Source of the DNA: Podarcis melisellensis
Taxonomy: Eukaryota
Direction: 5' to 3' (one strand)
DNA length: 64,000 nt
Assembly: GCA_964234715.1 (NCBI GenBank)
Contig: OZ174275.1
In this document: positions 62,801-64,000 of the stretch, piece by piece
Layout of the letters: each line of letters begins with the position of its first letter
Numbering within the stretch: the first letter of the stretch is position 1
Notes under the pieces: generated by a model
What the model was told of the DNA's origin: nothing
The model's input: the letters and a program-made list of their open reading frames with translations, nothing else
Databases searched by the model: none
Program-made: the position numbers and the translations under genes

Positions 62801-64000
62801 ATCAGCTCAGTTATCATGCCAGATCCTTGGGAGACCTCTCCCTGATATCAAATGGTATCGTTTCGGCAAAGAATTGGTACAGAGCAGAAAATACAAGATG
62901 TCATCAGATGGGCGCACTCACACACTGACGGTGCTCACAGAAGAGCAGGAAGACGAAGGAGTTTATACTTGCAAGGCTATCAATGAAGTTGGAGAGGTTG
63001 AAAGTAGTGGCAAGCTACTCTTACAGGCTCCTCCACAATTCCACCCAGGCTTTCCATTGAAAGAGAAATATTGTGCAGGTGTAGGATCCACACTTCGCCT
63101 CCATATTGTATACATTGGTCGTCCAGTGCCTGCTATCACTTGGTTCCATGGCAAGAAACTATTGAAGAGCTCAGAAAACATTACTATTGAGAACACAGAG
63201 CATTATACTCACCTTTCCATTAAAAACGTACAGCATAAAGCCCACGCAGGACACTACAAAGTACAGCTCAGTAACACGTTTGGAACTGTTGATACTGTAC
63301 TAAACGTGGAAATACAAGGTATGTCTTGGCATTAAATTTTCTTGAAATCATGGGAAATATTTCTTCTATTTAACTTTAAACACTGCCTTTTCTTTTTGTA
63401 GATAAACCAGATGTACCAGCAGGGCCAATTGTTATAGAAGCTTTGCTGAAGAACTCTGTAGTCATCAGCTGGAAGCCACCTGAAGATGATGGAGGTGCTC
63501 TAGTAACAAATTATGTTGTAGAGAAAAGAGAAGCAAAAGAAGGCACAGAGTGGCAGCTGGTTTCTTCAAGCATTTCTGGCACAACCTGCAGAATTGTTAA
63601 CCTAACTGAAAACGCAGGCTATTATTTCCGTGTCTTTGCTCAGAATGCATTCGGCATCAGCGAAGCATTAGAAGTTTCATCTGTTGTTATTATCAAGACT
63701 CCATTTGGTAAGTGTGTTCCGTAAGCCACGTTTCTGTTTACCTGCAGTTCAACAGAGCAAACTGACTTCATGTCCTGAAAATGATTATTTCTTCTTTACA
63801 GAAAAGCCAGGCCAACCAAGTCAGCCAGTTGTATCTGGTGTGACAAGTGAATCCTGTGTTGTTTCTTGGAGGCCACCTGCTAGCGATGGAGGCTCAAAGA
63901 TCAGAAATTACTTCCTGGAGAAACGTGAAAAGAAACAAAACAAATGGATTTCTGTAACCACAGAAGAAATCCGCGAAACCGTCTATTCTGTCACAGGTCT
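404..64000 (+). CDS. TTN: Titin, partial multi-exon gene (A-band A15-A167; 74 exons; continues beyond both ends)
   Basis: Spliced exons give a continuous Ig/Fn3 array in the titin D-, C- and P-zone order, with recognisable titin peptides ([45 protein letters not shown]); all introns GT-AG. Confidence 0.99.
640..669 (+). CDS. TTN: TTN 30-nt microexon (~human 285), [10 protein letters not shown] inside Ig A15
   Basis: tttaaag|GATGGA...GCTACG|gtaaaa, phase 0-0; resembles human DGVHDIPEDAQ (recalled). Confidence 0.9.
779..908 (+). CDS. TTN: TTN exon (~286), Ig A15 C-part
   Basis: gtgcag|GTGGAA ... CTAG|gtaaga; [14 protein letters not shown]. Confidence 0.95.
1023..1322 (+). CDS. TTN: TTN exon (~287), Fn3 A16
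   Basis: [17 protein letters not shown]; AG/GT bounded. Confidence 0.95.
1348..1638 (-). mobile_element. 5'-truncated non-LTR retrotransposon 3' end, clade uncertain
   Basis: 14-bp TSD caaa(a/g)tgggacatt at 1334-1347 and 1639-1652; minus strand ends AATAAA plus (GAAT)n-like tail. Confidence 0.65.
1732..2049 (+). CDS. TTN: TTN exon (~288), Fn3 A17
   Basis: [16 protein letters not shown]; AG/GT bounded. Confidence 0.95.
2069..2567 (-). mobile_element. Unclassified GC-rich 499-bp insertion, probably a retroelement 3' portion
   Basis: Perfect 11-bp TSD tgcaaagcatt at 2058-2068 and 2568-2578; minus strand ends gcaataactact. Confidence 0.65.
2632..2928 (+). CDS. TTN: TTN exon (~289), Ig A18
   Basis: [14 protein letters not shown]; AG/GT bounded. 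Confidence 0.95.
2990..3116 (+). mobile_element. RTE-clade LINE 3' fragment
   Basis: Degenerate KTCLS..IG..SHSRR C-terminus, then ggatgccaaccacaacaa tail typical of RTE; 10/13 TSD. Confidence 0.65.
3170..3469 (+). CDS. TTN: TTN exon (~290), Fn3 A19
   Basis: [13 protein letters not shown]; AG/GT bounded. Confidence 0.95.
4175..4489 (+). CDS. TTN: TTN exon (~291), Fn3 A20
   Basis: [13 protein letters not shown]; AG/GT bounded. Confidence 0.95.
4625..4773 (+). CDS. TTN: TTN exon (~292), Fn3 A21 N-half
   Basis: [17 protein letters not shown]|gtaggt; missed by the ORF track. Confidence 0.95.
5223..5373 (+). CDS. TTN: TTN exon (~293), Fn3 A21 C-half
   Basis: [15 protein letters not shown]; AG/GT bounded. 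Confidence 0.95.
5464..5745 (+). CDS. TTN: TTN exon (~294), Ig A22
   Basis: [14 protein letters not shown]. Confidence 0.95.
6030..6250 (+). mobile_element. Old L2-like LINE 3' remnant
   Basis: aactcttccaacagag..cctccctgttaaccttcagacg.. followed by T-rich UTR and gtgcactgccttg..aaat tail; degenerate. Confidence 0.35.
6361..6663 (+). CDS. TTN: TTN exon (~295), Fn3 A23
   Basis: [14 protein letters not shown]. Confidence 0.95.
6757..7059 (+). CDS. TTN: TTN exon (~296), Fn3 A24
   Basis: [15 protein letters not shown]. Confidence 0.95.
7165..7446 (+). CDS. TTN: TTN exon (~297), Ig A25
   Basis: [15 protein letters not shown]. Confidence 0.95.
7606..7905 (+). CDS. TTN: TTN exon (~298), Fn3 A26
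   Basis: [13 protein letters not shown]. Confidence 0.95.
8028..8330 (+). CDS. TTN: TTN exon (~299), Fn3 A27
   Basis: [13 protein letters not shown]. Confidence 0.95.
8456..8764 (+). CDS. TTN: TTN exon (~300), Fn3 A28
   Basis: [13 protein letters not shown]. Confidence 0.95.
8848..9129 (+). CDS. TTN: TTN exon (~301), Ig A29
   Basis: [15 protein letters not shown]. Confidence 0.95.
9342..9351. promoter_or_regulatory. CArG box (SRF consensus) CCAAATATGG
   Basis: Exact CC(A/T)6GG match; function untested. Confidence 0.25.
9428..9490 (-). mobile_element. L2 LINE 3' tail fragment
   Basis: taccctgcccatctgactgggttgccccagccac matches copies at 15185, 22814 and 56844. Confidence 0.7.
9725..9965. 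mobile_element. Tc1/mariner (Tigger/pogo-type) MITE, 241 bp
   Basis: TIRs cagtggtacctcggttta / taaaccgaggtaccactc, TA on both flanks, internal ttcttaaaccga repeats. Confidence 0.9.
10028..10327 (+). CDS. TTN: TTN exon (~302), Fn3 A30
   Basis: [15 protein letters not shown]. Confidence 0.95.
10472..10765 (+). CDS. TTN: TTN exon (~303), Fn3 A31
   Basis: [15 protein letters not shown]. Confidence 0.95.
10880..13840 (+). CDS. TTN: TTN 2,961-nt exon (~304), A32-A41
   Basis: Ten domains in one frame; tttcag|TGCCA ... ATAG|gtactg. Confidence 0.96.
13945..14265 (+). CDS. TTN: TTN exon (~305), Fn3 A42, end of D-zone
   Basis: [15 protein letters not shown]. Confidence 0.95.
14348..14632 (+). CDS. 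TTN: TTN exon (~306), Ig A43, start of C-zone super-repeat 1
   Basis: [17 protein letters not shown]. Confidence 0.95.
14789..15088 (+). CDS. TTN: TTN exon (~307), Fn3 A44
   Basis: [13 protein letters not shown]. Confidence 0.95.
15185..15346 (-). mobile_element. L2 LINE 3' fragment
   Basis: A/T-rich tail then ataccctgcccatctggctgggttgccccggccactctgggcagcttccaac. Confidence 0.8.
15750..16013. mobile_element. Tc1/mariner-superfamily MITE, 264 bp
   Basis: 23-bp TIRs ctgtattggcctgaatataagcc / ggcttatattcgggccaatacgg with TA TSD. Confidence 0.88.
16186..16488 (+). CDS. TTN: TTN exon (~308), Fn3 A45
   Basis: [15 protein letters not shown]. Confidence 0.95.
17128..17271. mobile_element. Degenerate palindromic hAT-type MITE
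   Basis: Inverted core ctccagacactgttggactgcaact..agttgcggtccagcaacatttggag (17159-17252), related to 50857-50992. Confidence 0.6.
17456..17731 (+). CDS. TTN: TTN exon (~309), Ig A46
   Basis: [13 protein letters not shown]. Confidence 0.95.
17835..18134 (+). CDS. TTN: TTN exon (~310), Fn3 A47
   Basis: [14 protein letters not shown]. Confidence 0.95.
18234..18536 (+). CDS. TTN: TTN exon (~311), Fn3 A48
   Basis: [15 protein letters not shown]. Confidence 0.95.
18856..19155 (+). CDS. TTN: TTN exon (~312), Fn3 A49
   Basis: [15 protein letters not shown]. Confidence 0.95.
19274..19561 (+). CDS. TTN: TTN exon (~313), Ig A50
   Basis: [16 protein letters not shown]. Confidence 0.95.
19655..19951 (+). 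CDS. TTN: TTN exon (~314), Fn3 A51
   Basis: [13 protein letters not shown]. Confidence 0.95.
20042..20344 (+). CDS. TTN: TTN exon (~315), Fn3 A52
   Basis: [13 protein letters not shown]. Confidence 0.95.
20452..20757 (+). CDS. TTN: TTN exon (~316), Fn3 A53
   Basis: [13 protein letters not shown]. Confidence 0.95.
21539..21826 (+). CDS. TTN: TTN exon (~317), Ig A54 (super-repeat 2 start)
   Basis: [17 protein letters not shown]. Confidence 0.95.
21929..22219 (+). CDS. TTN: TTN exon (~318), Fn3 A55
   Basis: [13 protein letters not shown]. Confidence 0.95.
22328..22615 (+). CDS. TTN: TTN exon (~319), Fn3 A56
   Basis: [13 protein letters not shown]. Confidence 0.95.
22814..23178 (-). mobile_element. 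5'-truncated L2 LINE with TSD
   Basis: Minus strand encodes L2 ORF2 end ([20 protein letters not shown]..; [29 protein letters not shown]); (AAT)n tail; TSD acatacaat at 22805-22813 and 23179-23187. Confidence 0.9.
23213..23803 (+). CDS. TTN: TTN exon (~320), Ig A57 + Fn3 A58
   Basis: [15 protein letters not shown]. Confidence 0.95.
23891..23995 (+). CDS. TTN: TTN exon (~321), Fn3 A59 N-part
   Basis: [14 protein letters not shown]; missed by the ORF track. Confidence 0.95.
24385..24582 (+). CDS. TTN: TTN exon (~322), Fn3 A59 C-part
   Basis: [15 protein letters not shown]. Confidence 0.95.
24673..24969 (+). CDS. TTN: TTN exon (~323), Fn3 A60
   Basis: [15 protein letters not shown]. Confidence 0.95.
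25031..25382 (+). mobile_element. Sauria SINE (tRNA-derived, lacertid type), full length
   Basis: A box tggcactgtggg, B box ggttcgaatcc, (ACCTTT) tail, 15-bp TSD tatcttctttcctaa at 25016-25030 and 25383-25397. Confidence 0.92.
25419..26006 (+). CDS. TTN: TTN exon (~324), Ig A61 + Fn3 A62
   Basis: [13 protein letters not shown]. Confidence 0.95.
26099..26401 (+). CDS. TTN: TTN exon (~325), Fn3 A63
   Basis: [15 protein letters not shown]; donor T|gttagt. Confidence 0.94.
26500..43602 (+). CDS. TTN: TTN giant exon, 17,103 nt (~human 326), A64-A121 (58 domains)
   Basis: Inside the 5725-aa ORF; tttatag|ATCCA ... ACAG|gtttgt; five full 11-domain super-repeats. Confidence 0.98.
43633..43648 (+). 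promoter_or_regulatory. Tandem RBFOX motifs (TGCATG x2) downstream of the giant-exon donor
   Basis: TGCATG at 43633-43638 and 43643-43648; function inferred. Confidence 0.5.
43825..43945 (+). mobile_element. L2 LINE 3' fragment, sense orientation
   Basis: ccctatttagggaag..tttaatgtttaat..ttgggagccgcacagagtggctg then (TTAGTA)n; reverse complement of the 22814 family. Confidence 0.65.
44079..44375 (+). CDS. TTN: TTN exon (~327), Fn3 A122
   Basis: [15 protein letters not shown]. Confidence 0.95.
44410..44637 (+). mobile_element. Old L2-like 3' remnant
   Basis: Reads [11 protein letters not shown], like L2 ORF2 ends, then T-rich UTR and aataaataa tail. Confidence 0.45.
44727..45314 (+). CDS. 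TTN: TTN exon (~328), Ig A123 + Fn3 A124
   Basis: [15 protein letters not shown]. Confidence 0.95.
45427..45729 (+). CDS. TTN: TTN exon (~329), Fn3 A125
   Basis: [14 protein letters not shown]. Confidence 0.95.
45858..46154 (+). CDS. TTN: TTN exon (~330), Fn3 A126
   Basis: PPRTLRV..CVDTY. Confidence 0.95.
46410..46697 (+). CDS. TTN: TTN exon (~331), Ig A127
   Basis: [15 protein letters not shown]. Confidence 0.95.
46799..47098 (+). CDS. TTN: TTN exon (~332), Fn3 A128
   Basis: [13 protein letters not shown]. Confidence 0.95.
47203..47505 (+). CDS. TTN: TTN exon (~333), Fn3 A129
   Basis: [13 protein letters not shown]. Confidence 0.95.
47653..47958 (+). CDS. TTN: TTN exon (~334), Fn3 A130
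   Basis: [13 protein letters not shown]. Confidence 0.95.
48066..49832 (+). CDS. TTN: TTN 1,767-nt exon (~335), A131-A136
   Basis: [16 protein letters not shown]. Confidence 0.96.
49931..50227 (+). CDS. TTN: TTN exon (~336), Fn3 A137
   Basis: [15 protein letters not shown]. Confidence 0.95.
50614..50648. repeat. (TG)n microsatellite
   Basis: Directly visible, one interruption. Confidence 0.9.
50857..50992. mobile_element. Palindromic hAT MITE, 136 bp
   Basis: TIRs cagacttcctca / tgaggaagcctg; perfect 8-bp TSD cacttgag at 50849-50856 and 50993-51000. Confidence 0.9.
51331..51618 (+). CDS. TTN: TTN exon (~337), Ig A138
   Basis: [15 protein letters not shown]. Confidence 0.95.
51721..52020 (+). 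CDS. TTN: TTN exon (~338), Fn3 A139
   Basis: [13 protein letters not shown]. Confidence 0.93.
52110..54176 (+). CDS. TTN: TTN 2,067-nt exon (~339), A140-A146
   Basis: [13 protein letters not shown]. Confidence 0.96.
54289..54591 (+). CDS. TTN: TTN exon (~340), Fn3 A147
   Basis: [15 protein letters not shown]. Confidence 0.95.
54681..54986 (+). CDS. TTN: TTN exon (~341), Fn3 A148
   Basis: [15 protein letters not shown]. Confidence 0.95.
55088..55378 (+). CDS. TTN: TTN exon (~342), Ig A149
   Basis: [15 protein letters not shown]. Confidence 0.95.
55499..55798 (+). CDS. TTN: TTN exon (~343), Fn3 A150
   Basis: [13 protein letters not shown]. Confidence 0.95.
55922..56227 (+). CDS. TTN: TTN exon (~344), Fn3 A151
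   Basis: [13 protein letters not shown]. Confidence 0.95.
56408..56746 (-). mobile_element. CR1 LINE 3' fragment
   Basis: Minus strand [17 protein letters not shown] (CR1 ORF2 motif); ends in a ttctacgattct CR1-type tail. Confidence 0.85.
56844..57060 (-). mobile_element. L2 LINE 3' fragment with (TTA)~16 tail
   Basis: Aligns to the 22814 copy through tttgacatctgatgggagggcattc; microsatellite at 56844-56892. Confidence 0.85.
57347..57652 (+). CDS. TTN: TTN exon (~345), Fn3 A152
   Basis: [13 protein letters not shown]. Confidence 0.95.
57762..58043 (+). CDS. TTN: TTN exon (~346), Ig A153 (super-repeat 11 start)
   Basis: [17 protein letters not shown]. Confidence 0.95.
58261..58854 (+). CDS. 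TTN: TTN exon (~347), Fn3 A154-A155
   Basis: [13 protein letters not shown]. Confidence 0.95.
58957..59244 (+). CDS. TTN: TTN exon (~348), Ig A156
   Basis: [15 protein letters not shown]. Confidence 0.95.
59366..59665 (+). CDS. TTN: TTN exon (~349), Fn3 A157
   Basis: [13 protein letters not shown]; only partly covered by the ORF track. Confidence 0.95.
59885..60187 (+). CDS. TTN: TTN exon (~350), Fn3 A158
   Basis: [13 protein letters not shown]. Confidence 0.95.
60339..60641 (+). CDS. TTN: TTN exon (~351), Fn3 A159
   Basis: [15 protein letters not shown]. Confidence 0.95.
60733..61317 (+). CDS. TTN: TTN exon (~352), Ig A160 + Fn3 A161
   Basis: [15 protein letters not shown]. Confidence 0.95.
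61395..61650 (-). mobile_element. Old CORE/MIR-like tRNA SINE interrupted by a short element at 61485-61574
   Basis: cctgtgaggtaggttaggttgagagag..gactgcccaa..[insert]..agtgagttcatgactga..gaaccca. Confidence 0.6.
61689..61994 (+). CDS. TTN: TTN exon (~353), Fn3 A162
   Basis: [14 protein letters not shown]. Confidence 0.95.
62099..62398 (+). CDS. TTN: TTN exon (~354), Fn3 A163, end of C-zone
   Basis: [13 protein letters not shown]; missed in frame by the ORF track. Confidence 0.95.
62743..63318 (+). CDS. TTN: TTN exon (~355), Ig A164-A165, P-zone
   Basis: [15 protein letters not shown]. Confidence 0.95.
63402..63707 (+). CDS. TTN: TTN exon (~356), Fn3 A166
   Basis: [13 protein letters not shown]. 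Confidence 0.95.
63802..64000 (+). CDS. TTN: TTN exon (~357), Fn3 A167, cut by window end
   Basis: tttacag|AAAAGCCA; [14 protein letters not shown].. Confidence 0.93.

Noticed and set aside
355-63724. Dozens of separate + strand ORFs that look like small Fn3/Ig genes
   Set aside because: They are exons of one gene; ORF starts and tails are intronic read-through
404-64000. Pseudogene or a different giant muscle gene (obscurin, MyBP-C)
   Set aside because: No stops or frameshifts in spliced exons, and the 7- and 11-domain super-repeat order is specific to titin
1-64000. Strong antisense bias of retroelements
   Set aside because: About eight antisense versus six sense copies; too few to claim a bias

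Overview
The window is an internal 64-kb part of one vertebrate gene, titin (TTN), on the + strand. It covers the A-band: 74 exons (404 to the window end, last one incomplete), all with GT-AG introns, in one uninterrupted reading frame of tandem Ig and fibronectin type-III (Fn3) domains. The domain order gives D-zone 7-domain super-repeats 3-6 (A15-A42), all eleven C-zone 11-domain super-repeats (A43-A163) and the start of the P-zone (A164-A167); the kinase lies beyond the window. It includes a 17,103-nt exon (26500-43602), a 2,961-nt exon and a 30-nt microexon. Exon labels 284-357 are human-equivalent numbers from memory and may differ by one between schemes. Intronic repeats (Sauria SINE, L2, CR1, RTE, hAT and Tc1/mariner MITEs) point to a squamate, probably a lacertid lizard. 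I see no evidence for a new gene, RNA gene, CRISPR array or other new biological system. The best leads are splicing features (tandem RBFOX motifs over a cryptic donor after the giant exon, the microexon, one in-frame stop-free intron) and TSD-flanked insertions next to splice signals, one of which I cannot classify.
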